A stretch of 64,000 bases of DNA from an uncultured delta proteobacterium (lineage in GTDB: Bacteria; Desulfobacterota; Binatia; UBA9968): contig CAVXEP010000028.1 in assembly GCA_963760795.1 (NCBI GenBank), positions 43,650-107,649 on the forward strand. The letters are read 5' to 3'. This document shows positions 41,161-51,136 of this stretch, piece by piece. Under the pieces are notes generated by a model. It made no database searches, was not told where the DNA came from, and saw only the letters and a list, made by a program, of their open reading frames with translations. Positions within the stretch are counted from its first letter, which is position 1. Every line of letters begins with the position of its first letter. Position numbers and translations under genes: made by a program.

Positions 41161-43228
41161 CGCCTAACTCCACAACTACGTTCAGCCGCTCATCCACGCG
41201 CGCTTGTCCTCCTACGCCGACGATCAAAGTCGACTCGCGCTCTTCGACAATGGCCGGACCGGTGAACCGCATACCCGGCTCGAGCGTGTAGCGATCGTAA
41301 ATCGAGGTTTCCACATAACCGTTGCTTTGTGGAAAGTACGCCAAACGCGAACCTTTGCGCGCGTCGCCGCCACGAGTTGAATTACGCGGCAGTTTTAGAT
41401 TCATGTCCGGCCGCGGCCCGCTCGCCACCACCCGCCAATTGATGACTTCTAGAGGCACATCCGGCCCTTTGCGGCCATAGAGCGATTCGTAAGTGCGCTC
41501 GAACTCGGCGGCGATGCGCGGCAGATCGTCGACGCTAAGCACGCCGTCGGGCAACGCCACCGAAACTTCATGACCTTGACCGATGTAACGCAAGTCGGCG
41601 GTGCGCTGGTAAACAATGTCATGGGCTCTGAGTCCGGAACTTTCTAAAACCTTACGCCCCTCTTTAGCCATTTCATCGAGCAGGCAATTAGCGAGATTCC
41701 AGTCGAGCCGATCCATCCGGCTGTAGGCGCTGCGGACGAAATCGAAGGCCAGCGGCGCCGCGAGCAATCCGAAGGTCGAACCAACGCCGGCGCCGAACGG
41801 CGAGATCAAAGCCGGTAGGCGCAAAATCTCCGCGACCCGGTAGCCATGCACCGGCCCGGCGCCGCCGAAGGCGTACATCGGCATGCGCCGCGGGTCCTTG
41901 CCACGCTCGCCCAGGTGGGCGCGCGCGGCGTTGGCCATGTTCTCGTTGACGATCTGATGAATGCCCCAGGCGACTTGCTCAGCGGTCAATTTTAACGGCT
42001 CGCCCAAGCGCTCAAGCGCTTTTTTCGTGCCGTCCAGATCGAGCTTCATCTTGCCGCCGAGAAAATAATTGGAGTCGAGATAGCCTAGCACAAGATCGGC
42101 GTCGGTCACCGTCGGCTGCGTGCCGCCCTGGCCGTAACATACCGGGCCGGGATCGGCGCCGGAGCTATCCGGCCCGACTTTGAGCAGTCCTAGCGAATCC
42201 ACCCGCGCGATGCTGCCGCCGCCGGCGCCGATCTCGATCATATCGATGACCGGAATGCGCACCGGCAAACCGCTGCCCTTGCGAAATCGATAGACGCGGT
42301 CAACTTCGAATTCATGGGTCTTGAGCGGCTGGCCGTTCTCGATGACGCATAGCTTGGCGGTGGTCCCGCCCATGTCGAAGGAAAGCAGATCGCGATGGCC
42401 GGAGCACATGCCCGCCTCCGCCGCGGCGATGGCCCCAGCGGCAGGACCGGATTCGAGCAGGCGCACGGGGAAGCGCGACGCAGTTTCGCGCGTGGCGACA
42501 CCGCCGCTCGACAGCATGACGAAGAAGCTGCCGCGAAAACCGATCTCATCCAAGCGCGCTTGCAGCTGGGCAAGATAATCCGACACCCGCTCCTGGACGT
42601 AAACATTCGCCAGCGTGGTGCTGGTGCGCTGGAACTCGCGAATCTCGGCGACCACCTCGGAGCTCAACGATACGCGAATCTGCGGCGCGACTTCCGCGAT
42701 GATTTCCGCCGTGCGCTTTTCGTGAGCTGGATTACGAAAACTATTGAGATAGCAAACGCCGACCGCCTTGATGCCCTTGTCGCGCAGCGCGCCGACAAGC
42801 TTGCGCACAAACGCTTCGTCCAACTCTTGCAAAATACTGCCGTCGGCCGCCATGCGCTCGGGCACGTCGAAGCGCAGATGGCGTGGCACTAGAGGTTTGG
42901 GCAGGTCGAGATTGAGATCGTAAAGCTCGTAGCGGTGTTCCCGGCCAATTTCCACGGCGTCGCGAAACCCAGCCGTTGTCAGCAGTGCCGTCAGAGCGCC
43001 TTTGCGCTCGATCAGCGCGTTGGTCACCAGCGTCGTCCCATGTATCAATGTACCGCGCTGGCGCGCATCCACCGAACCATTCTGCAACACCGGGCGCAGC
43101 GCATTCTCCACCGCCAGACTGGGATCGCCCGGCGTCGTCAGGGTCTTGGCAATGACGGCGCCGCCATCGTCGCCGACCAACAACATGTCGGTAAATGTCC
43201 CGCCGATATCGATGCCAACGCGGTACAT
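41150..43228 (-). CDS. hydantoinase A/5-oxoprolinase subunit A family
   Basis: GIDIGGTFTD, HGTT, ESGPAAG, DMGGTT, IGAGGGSIA, FGGAGP. Confidence 0.93.
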   Translation of the reverse strand: MYRVGIDIGGTFTDMLLVGDDGGAVIAKTLTTPGDPSLAVENALRPVLQNGSVDARQRGTLIHGTTLVTNALIERKGALTALLTTAGFRDAVEIGREHRYELYDLNLDLPKPLVPRHLRFDVPERMAADGSILQELDEAFVRKLVGALRDKGIKAVGVCYLNSFRNPAHEKRTAEIIAEVAPQIRVSLSSEVVAEIREFQRTSTTLANVYVQERVSDYLAQLQARLDEIGFRGSFFVMLSSGGVATRETASRFPVRLLESGPAAGAIAAAEAGMCSGHRDLLSFDMGGTTAKLCVIENGQPLKTHEFEVDRVYRFRKGSGLPVRIPVIDMIEIGAGGGSIARVDSLGLLKVGPDSSGADPGPVCYGQGGTQPTVTDADLVLGYLDSNYFLGGKMKLDLDGTKKALERLGEPLKLTAEQVAWGIHQIVNENMANAARAHLGERGKDPRRMPMYAFGGAGPVHGYRVAEILRLPALISPFGAGVGSTFGLLAAPLAFDFVRSAYSRMDRLDWNLANCLLDEMAKEGRKVLESSGLRAHDIVYQRTADLRYIGQGHEVSVALPDGVLSVDDLPRIAAEFERTYESLYGRKGPDVPLEVINWRVVASGPRPDMNLKLPRNSTRGGDARKGSRLAYFPQSNGYVETSIYDRYTLEPGMRFTGPAIVEERESTLIVGVGGQARVDERLNVVVELGDGK

Positions 43229-43237
43229 AGGAATTTC

Positions 43238-43318
43238 GTTCAAGTGTTCAAACGTTCAAAGTTCAATTCTTCGGCATTCTTTTTTACCTTGAACCCTTGA
43301 ACCTTGAACTTTTGAACG
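43238..43318. repeat. inverted pair of tandem arrays, 4x GTTCAA then 4x TTGAAC
   Basis: GTTCAA at 43238/43246/43254/43261; TTGAAC at 43289/43297/43304/43312. Confidence 0.8.
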
Positions 43319-43326
43319 ACCATTGG

Positions 43327-44346
43327 TTATTGAGCGAATAGATCGAGTAATGGTTGCGTCTGATGCGCCGCCGCCGGCCGCAAGAGCGGCACCTGTACCC
43401 CGGCGTCACGATATTGCTGCACGCGCTTCTTCACTTCATCCGGCGTGCCGCTGGCGGTCATGCCTTCGACATACGAGTCGGGGATCGCTTTGATCAAACC
43501 TTCCATGCCGCCCTGGGCGTGGGCTTTTTCGAATAGCGGAATGTCTTCCTTATGAATATACGGCTCGCCGACGCGCATCTTCGGCGCGGCGATAAACGAG
43601 ATCTGCACCGGGTCGAGTTTGGTCGCCACTTCCCAGCGCACCGCATCGAGAGCTTTTTGGTGATTGTCTTCTATCGAGCAATTGATGATCTGCGCGACGA
43701 AAAACTTGGAAAAGTCACGCCCAGCCTGCTGCGCCGACTCTTTGATAATACGCAGCGCATTGACGGTGTACTCCGGCGAGCAGACCGCGTTGAGAATAAC
43801 TCCATCGCCAACCGCGCCGGCGAGCTTCAAGCCGATGGTCGCCGTCGCCGGAACGTAGAATGGGATATGCGAGCGCACCGGCTTCCAGCCCAGTCCAACG
43901 TTGTCGAAGTTGACAAACTTGCCGTGATAGGAAACCTTCTCGCCGGTAAATAACAAACGCATCGACTCGATATATTCGCGCAGCACTTCGCTAGGCGTCG
44001 CGCCGACATCCTGGGGCAGCGCATGGACGCGCGCGTGGCTCTTGGTGCATGCTCCCGGCGCCGCCGTGATGCGCCCGCCGCTGAGCTCGTCCAGAGTCGC
44101 CAACGACTGCGCCATCACCACCGGACCGCGCAAACGCACGATCTGGGTCGTCCCCATGATCAAATTTTTCGTCGCCAAGCCGATCGCCGCCAACGAACTC
44201 ACCGAGTCGCGCATGAGCTCGATGGTCTCGGAAAAAAATGCCATTTCGAAGCCGCGCTCTTCGGCCTGCTGCATTACGTCGGCCATCTCCCGCACATTGG
44301 TAAACTTGCCATACCCCAACGCGTAGCCCACTCGTTGCTTTGCCAT
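43327..44346 (-). CDS. luciferase-like (LLM-class) flavin-dependent oxidoreductase
   Basis: AEERGF, AQSLATLDELSGGR, LAGAVGDGVI, GTPDEV. Confidence 0.88.
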   Translation of the reverse strand: MAKQRVGYALGYGKFTNVREMADVMQQAEERGFEMAFFSETIELMRDSVSSLAAIGLATKNLIMGTTQIVRLRGPVVMAQSLATLDELSGGRITAAPGACTKSHARVHALPQDVGATPSEVLREYIESMRLLFTGEKVSYHGKFVNFDNVGLGWKPVRSHIPFYVPATATIGLKLAGAVGDGVILNAVCSPEYTVNALRIIKESAQQAGRDFSKFFVAQIINCSIEDNHQKALDAVRWEVATKLDPVQISFIAAPKMRVGEPYIHKEDIPLFEKAHAQGGMEGLIKAIPDSYVEGMTASGTPDEVKKRVQQYRDAGVQVPLLRPAAAHQTQPLLDLFAQ

Positions 44347-44451
44347 TGGCAAACTCTCCTTGATTGATCGCTTCAAATCGGCTGAAACAGCCACGAATTA
44401 CAGACTCATTCCTACGCAAAGGCGGCTTGCGAGTCAATCGGAGGGGAGTTT

Positions 44452-44650
44452 AGATTGGCGCGAACCCTCGCTTCGTTGACAATGACGGCAATAGCCAAAC
44501 TGTCATTTCGAGCGAAGCGAGAAATCTCATCCACTATTGGCCGACAATCAATGCAAGGTTTAGATCAAGATGACTTCGATTTAGGAATTCGTAAGTGTTT
44601 TGTGAGCTCTTTGCGTGGCTCAGTTCCTTCGCATTCGCTCAGGACAAGCT
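44452..44650. repeat. REP-like palindromes of the TGTCAT...AATCT type
   Basis: TGTCATTTCGAGCGAAGCGAGAAATCT (44501-44527) with a degenerate inverted partner upstream; CCTTCGCATTCGCTCAGGACAAGCT (44626-44650). Confidence 0.65.
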
Positions 44651-44682
44651 TTCCGGCCAACGTTCCGATTCCGAATCTCTTG

Positions 44683-45786
44683 CTACGGATGCACGCTTTC
44701 CAAAAACCAGTCCGTTGGCAGCGCGCGGCCAATGCCTTTGGCGATGGCTTCGCTATAAACCGCGGCGCCGACGGCGGCGAATTGCAGACCGATGCCGATG
44801 TTGTTGAGAAAGCAGGTCGACTCTTGCGCATTCGCCCGCCCCTGGGCTTTGCCGGTGACGAGATCTTTGAGATCAGGCGCGCTCAGCCAGAAGGGATGCT
44901 CGACGTTTACTTCATGGGCATGGGCCGGCCCTTTCTTGATAATATCGATCGCGTCGTGCGCTGGGATGCCTTCCTCCCCGTAGCCGGCGACATAATTGGT
45001 CGGCGCGTGTTGATGGGCGTGGATCACCAAGCGGTCGACTTTGCGAATCGTGTCGTCGCCCAACTCCGGCACGCGTACACAGGTCAAATGCAGTCCGGGT
45101 TTGACCCAATCGGCACTCACCACGCGGGAAAGTGAATTGGTCGTCGCGGCGATGATGTCAGCATCGCGGATCGCCTCTTCCGGCGAATCCACCGCGCGCA
45201 GCTCGGCGCTCACTTTGGGTTGGAGTTCTTTGATGAACGCTTCGCGGTTGGCCTTGGTCGGACTGAAAACGTTGATGCGCTTGAGCGGCCGCACGGCGCA
45301 CATCGCCGGCACATGGCTGCCGGCCTGCCAACCGGAACCGAACAGCGCCATGGTGCTGGCATCCTCGCGGGCGAGATAACGCGCCGCCAGCGCGCTGCTC
45401 GACGCCACGCGCATGCGCTGCACGACACCGTCGGGAAACATTGCCAGCGGTTCTCCAGTGATCGTCGAAAACAGCATCACCAGACCCACGTATTTGTCGC
45501 CTGGCGCCGCGGGAACTTTAGTCTTGATCGTCCGGTTACCCTGCTGGTTCCAGCGGATTACGTCCGAATTGATGCGCATGGCGACGATGGGTGGATCGTA
45601 CAAGCCGGCTTCCATGGATTTGAAAGCGTAGACGCCGGCTTCGGTCGCCGACGGCATGACCAAATCGGTGCGCGGCCGATTGATCGCGGTGCCCTTGTCC
45701 CAACTGGCGTAGGCTTTCTCCAGCGCGTCGATGCAGGTTTTGATCGACAGAAACGATTCGATTTCTTCGTTGCTAAGAATAATCAT
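44683..45786 (-). CDS. ornithine cyclodeaminase/mu-crystallin family protein
   Basis: TGEPLA, RVASSSALAARYLAR, FGSGWQA, GIGLQFAA. Confidence 0.9.
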   Translation of the reverse strand: MIILSNEEIESFLSIKTCIDALEKAYASWDKGTAINRPRTDLVMPSATEAGVYAFKSMEAGLYDPPIVAMRINSDVIRWNQQGNRTIKTKVPAAPGDKYVGLVMLFSTITGEPLAMFPDGVVQRMRVASSSALAARYLAREDASTMALFGSGWQAGSHVPAMCAVRPLKRINVFSPTKANREAFIKELQPKVSAELRAVDSPEEAIRDADIIAATTNSLSRVVSADWVKPGLHLTCVRVPELGDDTIRKVDRLVIHAHQHAPTNYVAGYGEEGIPAHDAIDIIKKGPAHAHEVNVEHPFWLSAPDLKDLVTGKAQGRANAQESTCFLNNIGIGLQFAAVGAAVYSEAIAKGIGRALPTDWFLESVHP

Positions 45787-45883
45787 GGAGCTGAAATATC
45801 AGCGCGGTCAGCTATCGTCAAGACAGTGATCATTGACTAAAGATACTCAACTCGATTAGCCTCGCAATCAGGAGAGGCCAATC

Positions 45884-46777
45884 ATGAAAACCATCGCATT
45901 GCTCCATCCAGGCAACATGGGCTCAACCATCGGCGCTTGCGCCGCGGCCAGCGGCGCCCGGGTGCTCTGGGCATCGGCGCAGAGAAGCGCCGCATCGCGC
46001 AAACGCGCCGAACAAGCCGGCTTGGTCGACGCCGGGGATCTAGCCGCGGCCGTGCGCCAAAGCGATATCGTCCTGTCGGTCTGTCCGCCGGAGTTCGCCA
46101 CGGAAATCGCCGTGAGCGTCGCCGCGCAACGCTTCCAAGGGATTTATGTCGATGCCAACGCCGTGTCGCGGGCGACGGCAGAAGAAATTGCTAAGATCGT
46201 TGCCAAAGCTGGCGCCAGCTTCGTCGACGGCGGCATCATCGGCTCGCCGGTCAAGCAAGCCGGCACGACCAGAATGTATCTCTCGGGAGAAAAAGCCGCG
46301 GAGATCGCTCAATTGTTTTCCGCCAGTATGTTGGATGCGCGCCGCATCGGCGCTGTCCCCGGCGAAGCCTCGGCTTTGAAAGTCGTCTATGCCGCCTGGA
46401 CCAAAGGCACCGACGCTTTAATCCTCGCCATTCGCGCGCTCGCGGCTCATGAAGGCGTGGATCAGGCATTGCTCGAAGAGTGGAAAATCTCCCAACCGGC
46501 GCTGGAAAATAAATGCCTGCGCGCCGCCGCCGTCGCCGCTCCAAAAATGTGGCGCTATGTTGGCGAAATGAGAGAAATCGCCGAGGCGTTCGAAGCCGCC
46601 GGCTTGCCGGGGGGGTTTCACGAGGCCGCCGCTGAAGTCAGCGAACGGCTCGCCTGCTTCAAAGATCAAACCGAGCCGCCGCTTACGGTGAAGACGGTAC
46701 TTGAAAAGCTGCTGTCACCGGTAACCAAGTCTCGGCATCGCACCGGCCTGCCTGCCTCGATGCCTGAGAAAGGTTGA
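45884..46777 (+). CDS. NAD(P)-dependent oxidoreductase, 6PGD/HIBADH-like with DUF1932 C-terminus
   Basis: HPGNMGS, YVDANAVS, DGGIIG, ASALKV.YAAWTKG, WRYVGEMREIA. Confidence 0.85.
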   Translation: MKTIALLHPGNMGSTIGACAAASGARVLWASAQRSAASRKRAEQAGLVDAGDLAAAVRQSDIVLSVCPPEFATEIAVSVAAQRFQGIYVDANAVSRATAEEIAKIVAKAGASFVDGGIIGSPVKQAGTTRMYLSGEKAAEIAQLFSASMLDARRIGAVPGEASALKVVYAAWTKGTDALILAIRALAAHEGVDQALLEEWKISQPALENKCLRAAAVAAPKMWRYVGEMREIAEAFEAAGLPGGFHEAAAEVSERLACFKDQTEPPLTVKTVLEKLLSPVTKSRHRTGLPASMPEKG

Positions 46778-46847
46778 TGCTTCGCTCGGTTCTGGATGAT
46801 ACCGCAGCGGTTCTCGAGACTGCGCTTGCCGCTTAATTCTTGGTCGA

Positions 46848-47942
46848 TTACTTAAAGAACATCTTCTCGAACAGCTCGACCCACTTCTCTTCCTTCTCGT
46901 AGAGTAGTTCTGGTGCGATGAAGTTGAATTTGGCAAACTTGCCGCCGCCGGCTTTTAGGTCGGCAACTTTCGCCGGCACATCGGGATGAGCCGGCAGGTA
47001 GTCCGCTTCTTGAAGGATTTTTTGGCCGTCTTTCGAGAGCAGAAAATCGATAAATAACATGCTCGCATGGGGATGCGGCGCGTTTTTCGCCAGGCCGAGG
47101 GTTTTCACCAGTCCAGGCACCGGTTCGATCGCCTGCCAATCCACCGGCGCACCGGCGGCACGGCTGATGACCGCGTGGTAGTTGAACATATTGATGCCGA
47201 TGGCGAACTCGCCGGCGATGACCATGTCCATCACCGCCCTGCCACTGGCGGTGCTTTTGGCGACGTTCTGCGCCGCCAGCTGTTTCAAATAGCCCATGCC
47301 CTTCTGCTCACCCAACGTGATTAACGTGTTGCCGAGAAATACCGGCGCGCCGGAACCGCCGCTGGTGTTCCAAATCATTTTGCCTTTCCACTTGGGATTG
47401 AGCAGATCGTTTAACGACTTCGGCACTTCATGGGCGGCGACGAGCTTGGTGTTATATCCAAGAGTCATGAAATAGAGATTCGGCACCGCCCAGTAACCCT
47501 GCGGTTCTTTAAACCGCTCCGGATAATCGCGCAGCAGAGGCGTCGTGAAGCGCTGAATGTAACCCGCCCTCTTCAGCATGACGATGGTCGAAGTCCCGTC
47601 GAGCACATCGACGTCGTAGCGCTTGGCCTGATACTCGGCCAACATGCGCTGCGCCAACGCGTCGGAATCGGCGCGATGATATTCGACCTGGACGTAGGGA
47701 TATTTCTTTTCGAAGGCTTCCTTGATCGGCTTGAGCGCTTGATTGACGATCAGCGTCGTATACCACAGCAGCTTGCCTTCCTTTTTCGCTCCTTCTTCCA
47801 ACAGGGTTTGGCGGTTGGCCGTCTTCGCCAAAGCGACTTCCTCGACGGTGGCAGCGCGAGCCAAATCGGGGGCGACAAACCATAGCAAAGTGACGAGGAA
47901 AGCTATTAGCGCAGGCCGATCCTGCCAGGACGCCGATGACAT
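46848..47942 (-). CDS. ABC extracellular solute-binding protein (Fe/thiamine/polyamine-like)
   Basis: Signal peptide; AKKEGKL, FEKKYP, YNTKLV, DLLNPKWKGK, APHPHA. Confidence 0.88.
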   Translation of the reverse strand: MSSASWQDRPALIAFLVTLLWFVAPDLARAATVEEVALAKTANRQTLLEEGAKKEGKLLWYTTLIVNQALKPIKEAFEKKYPYVQVEYHRADSDALAQRMLAEYQAKRYDVDVLDGTSTIVMLKRAGYIQRFTTPLLRDYPERFKEPQGYWAVPNLYFMTLGYNTKLVAAHEVPKSLNDLLNPKWKGKMIWNTSGGSGAPVFLGNTLITLGEQKGMGYLKQLAAQNVAKSTASGRAVMDMVIAGEFAIGINMFNYHAVISRAAGAPVDWQAIEPVPGLVKTLGLAKNAPHPHASMLFIDFLLSKDGQKILQEADYLPAHPDVPAKVADLKAGGGKFAKFNFIAPELLYEKEEKWVELFEKMFFK

Positions 47943-48154
47943 AAAGTTCACTCTTGCCTCCCAAATTCTCACTGATTTACGCAATTGCCTCAAATATAGC
48001 GCCGCTACTCCTGGAAACCAACGATTAGTTCAAATTGCCCTCTAGCCTGCACCAATGTCCCAGCGTTTGACATCGCCGACGGCTTTTTATACGTAACGAG
48101 CGTGAAAACACCTGAGTAGAAGACTTTTCGACAACGGGATGTGAGGTGATCGAT

Positions 48155-48481
48155 ATGGAAAACTTCGGTTACATTATTTCAGAAGCGCCGGTCTTATTTC
48201 TGATAATCTGGTTCGCCGTCCGACTGGTGCAGTACCGCCGTTATCGAAACAAGCAACCGATCTACTCGGAGCGCGACGCCGCCTTGTTATACCCGCAGTC
48301 GAATTTCGACCTGCGCTCGCCCATGTCCCGCGTCAAACTGGCCCGCTGCATTTTGCTCGCCACCGCGGCATTCTACGCGGAGTTTATGATACTGGCGCCA
48401 TTCGGTGCGGCGATCTTGTGCACCGCACTGATGCTGACATCAGCCGCCCTGGTGCACAATTTCATTCTGAGTCCTAACTAA
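48155..48481 (+). CDS. hypothetical membrane protein
   Basis: GAGGT RBS; three hydrophobic segments. Confidence 0.55.
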   Translation: MENFGYIISEAPVLFLIIWFAVRLVQYRRYRNKQPIYSERDAALLYPQSNFDLRSPMSRVKLARCILLATAAFYAEFMILAPFGAAILCTALMLTSAALVHNFILSPN

Positions 48482-48664
48482 TTTTCAAGCATCGGGATCG
48501 GGATCGCGGCGAGTAACGCCGTGGCCAAAGGCATTCAAGAAAGTCTCACCTCAGCGGCTCAGATGGCGCTGGCTAGCGCCGAGCAAGCGTTGCGATTTCT
48601 GGCCACGCACGGAACAATTCATAACGGATAGACGGCCGTCCAATCTCCCCACTCGGTGAACAAC

Positions 48665-49669
48665 ATGAAAACATGCCGAGAGACATCCTTGCTACGATCA
48701 CGGTATCAAACTCTGCCCGTTCTGTTCGGCGTGATGTTGACGCTCGCCCTCGGAGTAAACTCGCGCGCTCAAGAGCGCTCTCCGGAGCGCGTGGTCATCG
48801 GTGTACCGAGCCGGTCGATGACCTGGTTTCCTGCCTACCTGGCGCAAAAGAAGGGTTTTTATCTTCAGGAAGGACTAGATCTCCATTTCGTCCAGATGCG
48901 CTGCCCCCTCTCCGTGGCCGGCCATCTCTCCGGAGAAGTGGATTATTCAACCTGCACGACAACAATCATCAATGCCGCGACCACCCGGGGTATTCCGGCA
49001 AAGATGTTTTTCAATATCACCGGCAAGCCCCTTCACTCTTTCGTCGTCAACCCGCGCTTCAGCTCGCTCAGGGAAATGAAAGGCGCCAAAGTCGCGATCA
49101 ACTCCTTCGGCACGCTCAATGAGATGGAGGTAAAAGTAATGTTAGAGCGCAACGGCCTGCCGCCCAACTGGTTCAGCCTGTTGGAAGTGCCCGACGATAC
49201 CGGCCGGGTGATAGCGCTCAAAGCCGGCAGCGTCGATGCCGCGTTACTGTCGCTGCCCTTCGACATTCACGCCGAGAAGCTCGGCTTCCGTACCCTCGTG
49301 CACATGCGCGACATCATGGAAGTGCCCTTCGCCGGCCTGGGCGCGTCGAATAAGAAACTGGAGAGCCGCCCCGACCAAGTGCGCAAGGTCGTGCGCGGCA
49401 CACTGCGCGGTCTCACCTACGCCAAAGCCAACCGCCGCGAGTCCATCGAGCTGATCCGCACCTGGACGGGCATGGAAGCCGCCATCGCCGAACAGTCCTA
49501 CGATCGCGCCGCGCCGGCATGGACCGACAACGGCATCGCGCCGGATAAAGGCATCTTGATTAACATAGAACTAGCGAAACAGGCCGGCGGCGTCAAACAA
49601 GAGGTTCCCATGAGCCGAGTCGTCGACTGGAGCATCACCGAAGCGGAACTACGCGCCGCCGCCAAATAA
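48665..49669 (+). CDS. ABC substrate-binding protein, NMT1/SsuA family
   Basis: Signal peptide; KKGFYLQEGLD, SGEVDY, ALKAGSVDAA, VRKVVRG. Confidence 0.88.
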   Translation: MKTCRETSLLRSRYQTLPVLFGVMLTLALGVNSRAQERSPERVVIGVPSRSMTWFPAYLAQKKGFYLQEGLDLHFVQMRCPLSVAGHLSGEVDYSTCTTTIINAATTRGIPAKMFFNITGKPLHSFVVNPRFSSLREMKGAKVAINSFGTLNEMEVKVMLERNGLPPNWFSLLEVPDDTGRVIALKAGSVDAALLSLPFDIHAEKLGFRTLVHMRDIMEVPFAGLGASNKKLESRPDQVRKVVRGTLRGLTYAKANRRESIELIRTWTGMEAAIAEQSYDRAAPAWTDNGIAPDKGILINIELAKQAGGVKQEVPMSRVVDWSITEAELRAAAK

Positions 49670-49684
49670 GCTTGCGCAGGAGAG

Positions 49685-49900
49685 ATGAAGCGTATCGATT
49701 CCGACACCTATTTCACGCCGCTTGACGCCTTCGCTAAGGTCGCCCCTAAGTACCGCGCCAGCGGTCCAAGGTTTGTCGAACTGCCCAACGGCCGCTATTT
49801 TTTCGACTACCCGGCACGGGCGCCCTTGGTTCCACAGCATATTAAGAAAATTCGCCTCAAGGGCCACGCGCCCAACGAACTTCAAGTCGCGCCCTGCATG
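49685..49900 (+). pseudogene. possible truncated N-terminus of an amidohydrolase-like gene
   Basis: AGGAG RBS; MKRIDSDTYFTPLDAFAKVAPKYRASGPRFVELPNG resembles IDxDxH starts, then runs into the convergent RidA gene. Confidence 0.3.
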
Positions 49901-49945
49901 GAAGGACGGCCAACGACGGCTTCGACACGCGGGTGCTGCTCGAAG

Positions 49946-50407
49946 TCAGTCGTTAACCTGGACCGTAATTTCATTTTCCACCGGCGCATCCTGACTTAGC
50001 GACGCCACCCCGACGGCGGCGCGTGTGTGCCGGCCTTTTTCGCCAAACACTTGCACCAGCAGATCCGACTCGCCATTGACGACTTTCGGCATATCGACAA
50101 AGCCGGGGGCGACGTTAACGTAGCCGAGAACTTTGACGATGCGCTCGACTTTGTCGAGATCGCCTAATGCCGACTTCATGATCGCCAGATGATTGAGAGC
50201 GCAGTTGCGCGCCGCGTCGTAGGCTTGTTCGACGCTGATCTCGGCGCCGACTTTGCCGCGATATTTAATCACGCCGTCGATCCGGCCGATGTTGCCGCCG
50301 ATGAATAGCAGATTCCCAACCCGGACGTAGCCGATGTAGTTGGCCGCCGGTGTCGGCGGCTTGGGTAGCTCGATGCCGAGGGCTTTGAGTTTGTTTTCGA
50401 TTTCCAT
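49946..50407 (-). CDS. RidA/YjgF family protein
   Basis: IENKLKALGIELP..P.PAANY, VNGESDLL..VFGEKGRHTRAAVG; AAGGAGG RBS. Confidence 0.92.
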   Translation of the reverse strand: MEIENKLKALGIELPKPPTPAANYIGYVRVGNLLFIGGNIGRIDGVIKYRGKVGAEISVEQAYDAARNCALNHLAIMKSALGDLDKVERIVKVLGYVNVAPGFVDMPKVVNGESDLLVQVFGEKGRHTRAAVGVASLSQDAPVENEITVQVND

Positions 50408-50799
50408 GAACGCCTCCTTATTTTTGACCGATTCGGCTTGTCTCAATTGACCATCTTCATAACGACACAGTTCATAGATCGGGTCAAAACAACCTAGCCC
50501 AACGCGTCTTGCATGATCGCTGATCTCGGATTCACTTTGGGCTATGCCAGGCAACGGGTAAATCCGCCAGGGCTGGCAAGTTGACAAGTCACGCCAGTAC
50601 GACAAACGCAGGTCGAGAACTAAATCGTCGAGGATCAACCAGAGTTGTGCGCCGAAAAATCCATGAGCCACTGACCAAAAACCCCGCTGATTCGACTCCG
50701 CGTCATCCAGAGTTCTGCAAAATGTCCGGAAGGATAAAGGCCAACGCAGCAAGTCCAGTTGCTGATGGTGTTGCACGACTTTTGCGTTATGACGAAATC

Positions 50800-51087
50800 A
50801 TGGGCAACTTTGAGAGTACATCACAAGAGCACCCCGAAACGTTGCTCGATCTCTTGGAAGATATCGTGGCAACGTATCAAGACAACGACTCTCGGCCAGT
50901 GGACGCCTTGAGTCTATACCGGCAACGCGTGCGGCTGGGTGCAAGTTATCGCGTCAAATTGGCCAAGCGCTTCGTCGTCGTCGATGGTGGCGGGGCCAAT
51001 CATAAACCAGTTAAGTCGACGGCTCTGTCCAGCCCACCTCGCCTCAGGCTGGTGCCGAAGTTCACGCCGCCCACACCCGTTGGCTAG
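50800..51087 (+). CDS. hypothetical protein
   Basis: 95-aa ORF filling the gap between RidA and VOC genes; no recognisable motif. Confidence 0.4.
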   Translation: MGNFESTSQEHPETLLDLLEDIVATYQDNDSRPVDALSLYRQRVRLGASYRVKLAKRFVVVDGGGANHKPVKSTALSSPPRLRLVPKFTPPTPVG

Positions 51088-51136
51088 TCGCCTGGATCAA
51101 CGGCGCCAACGAATTGATCTTACTCCGCCCGGCGAA

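Noticed and set aside
33086-43318. TTGAAC arrays as possible CRISPR repeats
   Set aside because: Units are 6 bp with 1-3 bp gaps; no 25-40 bp repeat-spacer structure and no cas genes
50408-50776. N-terminal extension of the RidA ORF (276 aa in the track)
   Set aside because: A strong RBS and the family N-terminus place the start at 50407; the extension has no recognisable features
50771-50787. Sigma54-like TTGCAC-GACTT-TTGCG before the 50800 ORF
   Set aside because: Lacks the invariant GG at -24 and leaves essentially no leader
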